A stretch of DNA of 64,000 nucleotides, from contig NW_021836301.1 in the NCBI RefSeq assembly GCF_006345805.1, positions 7,186-71,185 of the forward strand, in the 5' to 3' direction. The position numbers were made by a program, and so were the translations under genes. The notes beneath the pieces are model-generated. The model did not search any database. It was given only the letters and a program-made list of their open reading frames with translations, and had not been told where the DNA came from. This DNA is from Octopus sinensis. Taxonomy: Eukaryota. This document shows positions 48,796 through 60,655 of the stretch, piece by piece. The stretch's first letter is position 1; each line of letters opens with the position of its first letter.

Positions 48796-49042
48796 GTGGA
48801 GGCGCGTGGCTTAGTGGTTAGGGTGTCAGCATCATGATCGAAAGATTGAGGTTTCGATTCCTGGACCGAGCGACGCGTTGTGTTCTTGAGCAAAACACTT
48901 CATTTTTACGTTGCTCCAGTCAGTCCACTCAGCTGGCAAAAATGAGTAACGCTGCGATGGACTGGCGTCCCGTCCAGTTGGGAAACACATACGCCATTGA
49001 AACCGGGCCCATGAGCCTTGCTAGACTTTAAAAAGGGCGCAT
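48796..49042 (+). mobile_element. tRNA-derived SINE, head beta + tail Y
   Basis: GTGGAGGCGCGTGGCTTAGTGGTTAGG head, TTGAGCAAAACAC...CACTCAGCTGGCAAAAATGAGT core, then AACGCTGCGATGGACTGGCGTCCCGTCCAG. Confidence 0.88.
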
Positions 49043-49054
49043 CTATTCATTTAT

Positions 49055-49104
<50 letters not shown>

Positions 49105-49374
49105 CAACAAAGTGGAGGAGTCGGCTCATGAATTATTCAGACAACACAGCTAAATAATTTATGCACAAACTCACACGTTTTGTAATTTTTTTCCGTATGT
49201 ACCCCGTGATCTTTCTAAATTACAACAATGGAAACCAGTTTAAAGGTAGCTTGGACTTTAAATACGAGATCTCTTCGTAGATATTTCTCTTATGAACCAC
49301 ACAAATCTCAAAACACTGGTTACATCGTCAAACAATTTAAATTTAAATCGCAGAATATAACTTTATATTCAATT

Positions 49375-49779
49375 TTTTTTTCTCAGTTATTGGAGTCATT
49401 GGAATGCGGCCATGCTGGGGCACCACCTTCAAACAAATCGATTCTAGCAGTTTTTTTTTTTTATTTAATTTTTCACAGTGATACTTATTCTATCGGTGTC
49501 ACTTGCCGAAACTGTTAACTTACATGGCCATAAACAAACCAACACAGATTGCCATGCGGTGTAGGGAGGGGGAGGAACATTCACCAAAACACACACACAC
49601 ATAATGAACATATATGCCAACAGGGTGGTAACATCCGAAAGCTAGCTACAATACGATATATATATATATATCACCGTGACCGACCAGGCCATCAGATGTT
49701 GTTACACATCGCTGGTCACAATGCACTTCGCATTGTTTTAGCCTTCAAATGACGCCACCCCGCTGGCTAAGCGAGCAGG

Positions 49780-49818
<39 letters not shown>

Positions 49819-49975
49819 CATGGCGGGCTTCCACAGGTTTCCATCTACCAAATGCACTCACAAAACACTGGTCGTCCAAGGGCCCGTTGGAAAAGACATT
49901 TGCCCAAGATATCGTGTAATGGGACCGAACCCAAAACCATGCGACTGCCAAAACGAGCACAGCCGTGCCCTACCG
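49375..49975 (-). mobile_element. Family-A SINE split by insertions at its internal microsatellite
   Basis: 3' half at about 49375-49600 and 5' half at about 49815-49975. Between them is a (TA)n-flanked 110-bp unit at 49672-49781. Confidence 0.7.
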
Positions 49976-50685
49976 CCCCAAATGGGAGACGGACGGGGAG
50001 GGGGGGAATAATGCCGATAGCTTGTTAATTCATTCGAATTCTAACATAATTGTCACTCGTTTAGGCATTTGGTTCGGAGACAAACGAGGATGACGACTTT
50101 CGCTTGATTCAAGAATTAAACTTTTGGTGTGTTTTTTTTTCTTGTTTTTTTTTTCTTTTTACGCCTCCTCGAACGAAACCTGCCGTACGGTCAGACAACG
50201 TTTAATTGTTCAAGAAAAAGATTGCAGAGGAATTATTTTTATTAACCAGACGTTATTGGCAGGAAATTTTTATTTCACAAGTAAAATCAAAACAGTCTTT
50301 GATGACAACTCACTAGTTCATCTACAACAACAACGGCTACTACTACTACTACGACCACTACTGATAATAATAGTAACAACCACAATAATAATAACAATGA
50401 CTGCACTAAGAAACTTTCGGTTAATTCTCCCATCGTTAAAAGAAGGCGAATGTGAATTGCGTAAGAGTTCTTAGAAATAGAGCGGGTGCGAATGTGTGTG
50501 TGTATAAATTGTATATAAAAATCGATGACTAAGAATATACGAAACTTGTGTGTACTCAAGTACATGAGCATACCGAGATGCCATTCATTGTTGCTAAGAC
50601 TCTTAAATCTGAAACGAGCCTGTCTAAGTACTAAGTACACAGTGCGTCTAATATAATATAATATAATATAATATAATATATATAC

Positions 50686-51064
50686 GCAGGAGTTGCAGTG
50701 TAATATGTAGCTTGCTTAAAAACCACATGGTTCCGGATTCGGTCCCATTGCGTGGCACCTTGGGTAAATGTCTTCTACTATAGCCTCGGGCCGACCAAAG
50801 CTTTGTGAGTGGATTTGGTAGACGGAAACTGAAAGAAGCCCGTCGTGTACACACATACATACATATATATATATGCGTGTGTGTGTGTTTGTCCCCACAC
50901 CATCGCTTGACAACCGATGCTGGTGTGTTTATGTCCCCATCACTTAGCGGGTCGGCAAAAAAAACAGACCGATAAAATAAGTACTAGGATTACAAAGAAA
51001 AAGTCCTGGGGTCGGTGATCCAGCATGGCCGCAGTCAAATGACTGAAACAAGAATAAAAGAATA
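50686..51064 (+). mobile_element. Family-A SINE, full length
   Basis: GCAGGAGTTGCAGTG head through GACTGAAACAAGAATAAAAGAATA. Confidence 0.88.
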
Positions 51065-52689
51065 TATATATAACATTGACTTTCAGGAACCTTCGGTTCC
51101 GATACCTTTCCGGATTTGGTCGACGCACTCTCTAAATTAAATAAATATTAAATTTATTTAAATGATTAAATGAAATGCAGGCACCTGTACATTAATTTAA
51201 ATTGGAACGAATTAAAAAAAATGTTCCGGAGCTTCACCGTTCTGGAAGTCGTTGTTGTGTCTGTATCTGCGAGTGTCCCTGAGAGTGAAGTGTTACAGCT
51301 ATCGTCATCTACTTTTATCTTCTCAGAATCACATTACATCAGAATCACATTTTTCTTTTTTCTTTATTTCTTAAAAGATGGTTGGTATTTGTGTGACTTG
51401 CATATATTCAGCTGTTGTTTCTAGCGCGGTGAGCGATCATGTAATTAGCTCCTTTACTACATTGGTCCTTCGTAGCTGTTTCCTGCGGGCAATAATAGTG
51501 GGCCATCGTGATAATTTTTTTCCAATGTAAAAAAGGCAAATAGGACATACGTACATTGGCAAACCACCTCAATGCATTTAATCGGCCTTCACAACATTGA
51601 AACTATGTAATGTTTAACAAACTTTCTATTTATAAAAATTCATAGAAAAGAGCTTAAACGTAAGTCCAGGTGGATTAAACTGATTCAAAGAAAGGCGTAT
51701 GTAATTAGTTGACATCTTGTTTCATTGACCGACTACCCAGTTAAATAAAGCTCCCTGCTAGTGTAAACCCTTCCCTCCAGGTCAAATTGAAATTCCTCTA
51801 ACTTTCTAATCTAAGGGTTTCGTTTTATCTGTTAAGGGCCTTCGTTTCACTCGGATTTTTAACTTATGCTTCACATATGTCTCTTACACTTCGTAAGCAA
51901 TAACACTCGGCCGTGTGGGTTACGATGTCGCTTTCGGGTTCGATACCACAGTGCGGCATCGTGGGTGTGGCTTCTACTGTAGCTGACCAATGCCTGGTGA
52001 GTGAATTTGGGAGACGAAGGCCATACGAAGAACTTATGTGGGGGAGGGGGTTTAAAAAAATTTTAAAAAATTTTTTTTTTCATAACCATATGAATTCCTG
52101 TGTGTAGAACACAGATAGGCAAAACTTTTTTCTGAAAATTCCAAATAATGAAAAAAAAATTATGTGATGTAATATGGGGTACTTAAACTAGAATTCTGCC
52201 GAATAAATTATGCATGCATGGAAAAGCAGACATCCGCAGTTCACGCGCTGATAAAGTTTCTACAAATCGTATGAAAAAAAAGGGAAAACACCGTTTAATT
52301 CTTAATATAAGTTTCATACCCATGAATTTATAAAATTAAAGTTATATTATTTTCCTCAGTACATGTTTGTGACATCACAAATTTTTAAGCACATGAAAAC
52401 CGCCCTCGGTACCACATAAAATTAAGGGATTCCTCACCCTTGGCGAAATCATAAGTGATTTATGAAATTCTATATCGTTACTCAGAGCTCCGCCACCACG
52501 AGTTGGCTCTGTAGTTTAATTTCTTTAATTCAAAAGAAAAAAAAACTACCTATTGGTATATAATTGTTTCCTGTTATTTAATTATCTATATATTTTTTTG
52601 GAACCCTAGGACTGGAGGCTGGTTACCGGGTTCACGACGTACAGGTGACCGAGATCACAACATTCTGTCTGAATAAAACGCCTGTCTGT

Positions 52690-52905
52690 TGCAGGATTCA
52701 TCGCCAGCAATTTTGAAGGGAGGGGAGAAATCTATTACATCGATCCCAGTACTTGATTGGTTCTTTATTTTAAGGTATGAAAGACAAAGGTAGTCTTCGG
52801 CGAGATTAAAGCATAGAACGTAAAAAAAAGAAAAACCGGAATAAATGTCGCTAAGCATTTTTCCCGACATGCTAACGATTCTTGCCAGCTCGCAGCTTTA
52901 ATGGA
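52690..52905 (-). mobile_element. Family-B SINE (diverged)
   Basis: CGCCAGCAATTTTGAAGGG tail and GCTAACGATTCTTGCCAGCTCGC head (reverse complement). Confidence 0.75.
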
Positions 52906-54067
52906 ACATTCGGTCTTCTAGAAATACGTTGAATCAAAAACTTTGTCCTTTGAAAAGTAAAATGCAGAGACACGGGACAGCCTAACCAAACATAATAGTA
53001 TATATATATGTGTGTGTGTGACATAAAAGATTACCACGGTTAATAAAATAAAGTGCAATGGGCTTAATAATCAGCTATGTCGTAGCTATGCTGTTTTATC
53101 CCCAGGTCAAAATTGATCGAGAAAGCTTTATTATCTAAGACATTCCTAACGAGATCATAACTAGCGTCTTGTCCCCAAGTCACACAATACACCCACGACA
53201 CCAGCTCAGGATACGATAAAGTATGTCGCATTTTATTTACGATGGTAGAGTTTTTTTTTTTTCAATTTTCCTTTGTGGAAAAATCGTGGCTACTATTTCT
53301 AGCAGGTTTTTTTGCATTGCTGGTGTATATAAAATCAGACTGAAGTATAAAGGAACTAGGTTTTGTAAAGATCTGACATAAGATAATAAGTCAAAGCCTT
53401 AGAGTCAATCTTTCTCTCTCGCACATACACACACGTACAAACTTAATACAAATAGTTTACTTATGACTCAATAACTTAAAAAGAAAGATAACACAGAAAA
53501 TGCAGAGGATCCAATATTCTCTTTCATCGGACATCTAAGCTATATAAGAAGAAAAAAAGGCTCGTTGGAGCGTCGAACAGAAATGTTTTGCTGTATATGT
53601 TCCGACTTTCTACGCTTTCAGTTCAAATCCTGCCGAAGCCAACGCTACCTTTTAATCTTTCGAATTCTTAAAACGCATAATCCAAGACTGGAATGGCAAG
53701 ACAGTAAGAACGTCGGATCGGATGTCTTGTAGTATTTCTTTCGCTCTCTGTGCACAGGGTTCAAATCCTGTCGAGGCCAATGTTGCTTTTTATCCTTTCG
53801 AGATCGTTAAAAGAAAAAAAAAATTAAAAGATTATCATTCCAAGAGTAAGATTGACAAAACTGCATGAACGTCGGACCGGATACTTTGCACTATTTTCCC
53901 TGGTCGCGGCTCTTTGCGTTCAGAGTTCAAAACCCGGGATGGTGTATTTGGGGGTGGTAGACTTAATCCGCCGCCCTGTTTTAACAACACTGCCCTGCAC
54001 TTTAGGTGTCCGTCTTTAATGGGGTTCAACTCTACTGCAAGGATCCGCGCCAGGTTTCCGGCTTCAG

Positions 54068-54328
54068 CACTGGCTCTCAAGCCCTTTTTTAACCTATGGA
54101 TCCCTTTAACTACTATTTTACTCAGATGGATCCTCCTAACTATTCGAAGTTTAAGAAGTCCTATTATACCTTTGTAACTAAATATTATAAGGGATTATAT
54201 AAAAAAAAATTGTAAAAATATTTTGAGCATTCAGTAAGAGAGTATACCCAACTTAATGCACATAATTTTAGCAACAAAATCTTATGTGGACCCCGAAGGT
54301 TCATACTGATTCCGGTTGTGAACCACTG
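54068..54328. mobile_element. hAT-type MITE
   Basis: Termini CACTGGCTCTCAA and TTGTGAACCACTG; flanks GGCTTCAG/GGCCTGAG (6/8). The interior shares AATTTTAGCAACAAAATCTT with 28820-29055. Confidence 0.75.
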
Positions 54329-56807
54329 GGCCTGAGGATAGCTTCCTCTAACTATGATCATAGCTTCCTCTAACCAACCGCAGAGGTCCAATAACGAGTC
54401 ATGGACACTGACTGCTTGTCCGCTTGATTAAAATATGAAAAAGCAGAAATGGCGTGTAGTACTTTCTGCCACAAAATATATCTATTGATTTTAGCTGGCC
54501 GAAAGTGTATGTAAACAGACAGATGTAAACACTTTGCCATTTGCATATAATATATCTGCAGAAATTATTGCATATAAAAGCAAAGTGTTTATACACAGCG
54601 CTTGCACTAAAATCTATAGAAATTCTACCCGAAATTACAGTACATTACATCGAAAAATGAATATAACTAACTAACTACTAATGCGATGGTAAGCAGTATT
54701 TCAAAACGTGATATTTTTCATATTTTTTTTTTATTCCAACGATGGAGCTTTATCATTGTTAGAAACCAGCTCCTTCCTTGCAGGAAGACTTCTAATAATT
54801 AAAAAAAAAATATAGAAGAGAACATAGAGTACGTACGGACATGTAAACATGTATAAAGATAAAGTTCAGTTATAAAGATCAGCTGCCTTGAAAATGTGAA
54901 TGTTTCTTTAAAAGAAAAACTCCATGCGTAGTTAAAAAACTTCGCTTCATAATCACATAGTTCCCGGTTCGATCTCACTGTGCGGTATCATGGGCAAATA
55001 TCTTCTGTTACATCTTCAAGTTGACCGATACATTATTGGTCTGTGGAATTCGTTAGACAGAAACGGCGCAGAAGTTCACCTGTTTGTGTATATATCTTCT
55101 GCGTATCTATCTATATGCGTATGCGTTGTATATACTAATCTAAAATAAAATCGGTGTTACTTATGGTATGTCCTTCACTTTGCCGTAAATTAGGGTGTTC
55201 GACGTAAACGTAGAAATTTTTTAAAAATTCAGAAAAATATCCACTTCGAAATCGACAGCTTCTCTCTCTCTCTCTCGCTAACCAGATTATAAATTTAATA
55301 TAAATATACTCTTTCCCGTTCGTGTTGTAGTTATCTAAACTCCATGAGAGAGTTGTTTTTGTTTCTTTGTTACGAAGAATTTTCTCCAAGAAATATTAAA
55401 ACAATTGAAAATGGAAAGCTGACGTACGTGCGGCATACCTACACAGGTGTATTTCCACTTGACTTTGTTTCCTCATAACTTTCAGAGAAATAGGTAGTTT
55501 TTAATGAAAATTTTCAACACATACTTTTTATTGGTGTAGAATTACAATTATATCGGAATTATTGTGGAGCATATTTAAGCATACATATATGGTGTGCTCT
55601 TCAACTTTGTTTCCTCATAACTTTCAGAAACATTATTTTACTCTTTTTTAATTTTTTTTTACTTCGGTGAATAATGAAATTTTCTTTACACAATTTTTTT
55701 TTTTTTAATGGTGTAGATTACGAAAATAATAATAATGGCGAGCGCGCATACAAAACATATTTTGCATTGTGAGGTCAACTTGCCTCTCGATTTTTCCAGA
55801 TCGATAAATTAAAATACTAGCCTCAGGCAATAACTTGGCAGAAAATTACTAAGAGCGTTGAACGAGATGTCTGGCAATGTCTGTAATGTCTGTCTGTATT
55901 CCACCACTTAAGATGTTTTGCGTTCGTCTTCAATGATCAATAAAAATCGAGACAGTTAGAGAGCGCGATCTTCTTTCCCTTGGCCGAAATGGAAGCCGTG
56001 GAAACGCGAAACTTTTTGCCTGGGCATCTATCTACTTAGACTTATATAAACCTTAATCGGACATGCACTCTGGAATTAAATTTCCAGACGTTACGTACAC
56101 CAATATATTTTCAGTTGAATTATAAATACGAAAACATTTATTATTATTCTTTTTTGTATTCTTATTTTCATACACTTGAATACATAAAACAAAACTATTT
56201 TTCCCCTTTTCTTAAAAAGCTAAACTTGTTTTCATTACACAAACGTATACTACATGTATAATATTTCAACGCATTTCCAACCTTTTCTCAGTAAGTTTTA
56301 CTCACCTTGAATGCCTCCGCCGATCAGTGTAATACGGAATAGTTTATTGATTAAATGATAACAGTTGAAAACAAAGACTTTGTATTATTATTATTGTCAT
56401 CTTTATTATCACAACTGTTTGATGGACGGGTTACGAGAAACTGAGCAGCAGTTTGTAAAGTTTTAATCGGTTTCAATATCGGAAAAAGAAACACAATCTA
56501 AGTTATAAAGCGGTAGACTAGTGAGTATCATGTTCTAAAGAGGCTACTTGCTAGAGAGGCCACAGACCAACGAATTTAGGGTCTGAAGAAACGCTGTAAA
56601 GCTAAGCGCTTAATGGACATGAAACCCAGAGTAAACCCATACCGGCCATATATATATATATATATATATGTGTATATATATATATTTTCCACGATCCCTT
56701 TTGATCGGGATTCAACCCACTTTTTTTCCTTCTCTTCTTCCCAAAAAGAAAAGCTCTACTTTGTATTTTGTCCCTTCCGTATTTAGCCCTGCGTGGCCAA
56801 TAAGGAA

Positions 56808-56840
<33 letters not shown>

Positions 56841-57233
56841 CCTGTCTGTACACACACATATGTAACTATCTCTCAACTCCCCACCACACACACATATTCA
56901 CGCGTACAGGTACTGTGTGTGTGTGTGGCTGTGTGTGTTTTCTTTTATTAGTTACAGTCACTTAAGACTCCGCTGGGGCAGTGTCTTCAAAGGAGTAAAA
57001 ACGTCATATCTATCGATCGATGTGGATAATTATTTTATCAGTCTGACACTTATTTTATCGATCTCTATCGTCGATCTGTAAGTTACGGGACAAATTATGA
57101 ACAATGAAAAGAAAGCACACCAATTATACAACACACACGCGCACACATTAATACAAACCTCTCTCATACACACACACACACACACGCATACAAGCATCGC
57201 TCTCGCTTCTATCTCTTTCCCTGTTATACACAT

Positions 57234-57276
<43 letters not shown>

Positions 57277-58074
57277 TACAATATCTCTCTCTCTCTCTCA
57301 CACACACACACATACATTGTCTCTCTCACATATACATACATACAAACTTTCACACACATAGACACATAACTACACACATACATACACACAAACATTCTCT
57401 CTTTCACTCTCTTACACACATAGATACACACAAACATTCTTCTTGCTCTCTCTCTCTCACTCTTTCTTTCGATGGGTTTCTGAAATTTCTGATTACCAAA
57501 TTCCATTCACAACGTAATTTGGTCAACCAGTGGGCACTATATAACAGGCAGGTATGCCCAAGGGGCACACGATAGAATCGAATTAGGAATCACGCAGTTG
57601 TGAAACAAAATTACTACACAGCCATGCTTGTGTGCACGCGCGTGCACATCAACACGAAGAGAGAGAGAGAGAGAAAGAGCGAGCGAATGAATGAATGAAT
57701 GAGAGAGAGACAGAGAGAGACGGGGGGGAGAAAAAGACAGAGTGAAATTGGCAGATTCGATAAAGCGAAGTACAAAATGCCATCCATCCATGTGTCATTT
57801 GTGTTTCAGCTTTCAAGCGATCTGGGTTCAATCCAGACCAGTTCAATGTATGCTTTTCACCCTTTCGTGGCTGATTAAATGTAATATCAGTGAAAGAAGA
57901 TAGATAGGCGAAACTGTGTTAGGTTAGTGGCTTTTAACTGGGGTCCGTATAATCCTTCGGAGTCTACATAAAATTTTGTTGTTAGAATTTTATCTGCAAT
58001 GAATTGTTTATACACGAAATATTTCAACGATTTTTTTAAAATACAATTCTTAATGATGTTTGATTATAAGTATA

Positions 58075-58290
58075 TCTTTGTTTCAGTCATTAGACTGCGG
58101 CCGTACTGGGGCACCGCCTTGAAGAATTTTTATTCGAACGAATTGACCCCAAAGACACCAGCACCGGTTGCCAAGCGATGGTGGTGGCAATGGGGACAAA
58201 CACAGACACAAAACACATGCACACATATATGCGATGGGCTTCTTTCAGTTTCCGTCTACCAAATCCACTGATAAGGCTTTGGTCGGCCCA
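58075..58290 (-). mobile_element. Family-A SINE with internal deletion
   Basis: GTTTCAGTCATTAGACTGCGGCC...GATGGGCTTCTTTCAGTTTCCGTCTACCAAATCCACT. Confidence 0.75.
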
Positions 58291-58948
58291 ACACTTGCTT
58301 GAGAAGAAAGCTTAGGAATCAAAGAGGCCCGTGGGTAAAATAAGGTTGAAAGGACCGTTGTGTTAGAAGCGGAGACCAGAGAAAAGGTTTTGCGGTATAA
58401 TCTGTTATGAATCTTTCCTTTCTCGAGGACAACACCACTTGGTTCCTAGGAACATTTAGAGAAGATTATACTCTCTTGTTAACACTCGGGTCTGGTTGCT
58501 GGTCTGAGCAAAGCTCCTTTTGTTCCTCAATCTCTCCCACCTACATCGGAAGGTCTTAAGAAAATAAGTGTCACGGATACTATTTCGCTCTACACCGTCC
58601 CTGACCAAACGGTTAAACAAATACGTGGTCGCAAGCGCACAACCGTGCACAGGTATATGCGAGCGAACACGCCTCGCGCAAGGGTGGTGAGTGATGTGAA
58701 ATCTCACCAACCGGAAGATATCAATCACATAAAAAAAAAAAAGGCTGTGGATAAGGGTGACAAAGTCACGATGGCGCTTCCAGCATGACCGCAGCCGCAT
58801 GGTTGAAATACATAAAAAAAATAAATAAATAAAAGACGGGTGCACTCACACACATATACACACACATTAAAAATATATGTGTATATGTACGTGCGCACAC
58901 ACACACATAGAGAGAGAGAGAGAGGGGGAGGGGGAGAGGCAGACAAAC

Positions 58949-58985
<37 letters not shown>

Positions 58986-59269
58986 ATAATACATATTCAA
59001 TATAGATGAGGAGAGAAAGAGAGAGAGAGAGAGATTTATGAGATAGTCTGACCCTGGGCTATTTTTGAACTCAAAAGCAGGTGGCCCAACGACTTCTTAA
59101 TCGACAGATTGATTTTGATATCACACACACACACACACACACACTCTCTCTCTCTCTTTCTCACACACACACATTTTACATATGTTGTCATATGTTTGTG
59201 TGCACATGTGTGTGTCTGCGTGTGTGTAAAATATCTATCTATCTATATATATATATATATGTTTTTCTC

Positions 59270-59414
59270 TCTCTGTGTATCTTTCTGTTGAAGAGCGTAG
59301 GCTCGAAACGTTAAAGACTTGTTTTATTTATATTTCCTGAGCGCCATACTAATACAATTGTTCGTTTGTTTTCCACCTGCCTTCGTCTTTTGTTTATTTT
59401 CATAAAGCTCCCCG

Positions 59415-59415
<1 letters not shown>
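59270..59415 (+). mobile_element. Family-D repeat between (TA)n tracts
   Basis: Homologous to 8703-8882. Confidence 0.7.
59280..59317 (+). ncRNA. Minimal type I hammerhead-like motif (family D, best-paired copy)
   Basis: TCTTT|CTGTTGA|A|GAGC-GTAG-GCTC|GAA|AC-GT|T|AAAGA: 5-bp stem I, 4-bp stem II, palindromic ACGU stem III and a GUU triplet. Confidence 0.6.
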
Positions 59416-59449
<34 letters not shown>

Positions 59450-59509
59450 CGCATCAACTTTCTATGAGAGTATGTTCGTTGTATTAGACCATGTGTGTGT
59501 GTGTATGCA

Positions 59510-60130
59510 TTTTAGATATTGTACACGGAACGAACATTGTGAGCATATATACGTAGCACAGTATAAACATTGTGTGCGCGCGCACACACACACACAAACG
59601 CACGTACATATATGTTAGATAAAAAACACGGCAGAAACATTGAGTGAACGTATGTGTTTGTGTGTGTGTGCTGTATCTTAACTATATCGACACGGTATAA
59701 ACATCGCGTATGCACATATATGTGAACTGTATTTTCAGATATTTGTACGGCATGAAACACCGTGTGTGTGTGTATGTAAGTAAATTTTAGATAAGTAGCA
59801 AGGCACGAAGATTATATGTGTGTATATTTTAGATATCAACACGGCATGAACCTTGTGAGTGTACGTTTGTGCCGTATTTTAGCTACCAACACGGCACGTA
59901 TATGTAATGTGTATGTCTGTGTAATATTTTTAGATATAAATTACAGCATGAGCACTAGCTATCAAAACGTGCATCGATGTGTGTAATATCTTAAGATATC
60001 AACAAGGCACAAACATTGAGTGAGCGCACGCGTAAGTGATATCAACACGGTACGAACACTCGGTCCATGCGTACATGCGCGCGCGCGTGTGTGTATGATG
60101 TGTGTAGAACTATAATATTTACACGACAGG
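59510..60130 (+). repeat. Degenerate minisatellite: about 28-bp core alternating with variable TG-rich spacers
   Basis: A TTTTAGATATCAACACGGCAYGAACA-like core recurs about 11-12 times at 45-62 bp spacing. Confidence 0.75.
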
Positions 60131-60204
60131 AATGTATGTAGAAGCGCACATCTGAATGCACGCAGTTTACTTATTAAAAAACATGACCAGTAAAATATAT
60201 GCGA

Positions 60205-60333
60205 GTGTGGTGAGGAATGGCTGTGGTAAGTAGCTTGCTTCCCAACCACATGGTTCCGGGTTCAGTCCCACTGCCTGGCACCTTCTGAGTTTATTTGGAA
60301 GACGGAAACTGAAAGAAGCCCGTCGAGTGGTGT

Positions 60334-60371
<38 letters not shown>

Positions 60372-60655
60372 ATATATATATAATATATAATATATAATAT
60401 AATATATATATGTGTGTGTGTATATATATATACAATATATATATGTATATATGTGTGTTGTCCCTCTTCACCATCGCTTGACAACCGATGTTGGTGTATT
60501 TACGTCCCCGTAACTTAGCGGTTGGGCAAAAGAGAACCGATAGAATAAGTACTAGGCTTACAAAAGAATAAGTCCCGGGGTCGATTTGTTCGACTAAAGG
60601 CGTTGCTCCAGCAAAGCCGCAGTCAAATGACTGAAACAAGTAAAAGAATAAAATA
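60205..60655 (+). mobile_element. Family-A SINE with expanded internal (TA)n
   Basis: ATGGCTGTGGTAAGTAGCTTGCTTCCCAACCACATGG through GACTGAAACAAGTAAAAGAATAAAA. Confidence 0.88.

Noticed and set aside
59510-60130. CRISPR array call for the repeat-spacer pattern
   Set aside because: The cores are highly degenerate, the spacers are microsatellite-like, and there is no leader or cas gene. It is kept only as a minisatellite finding.
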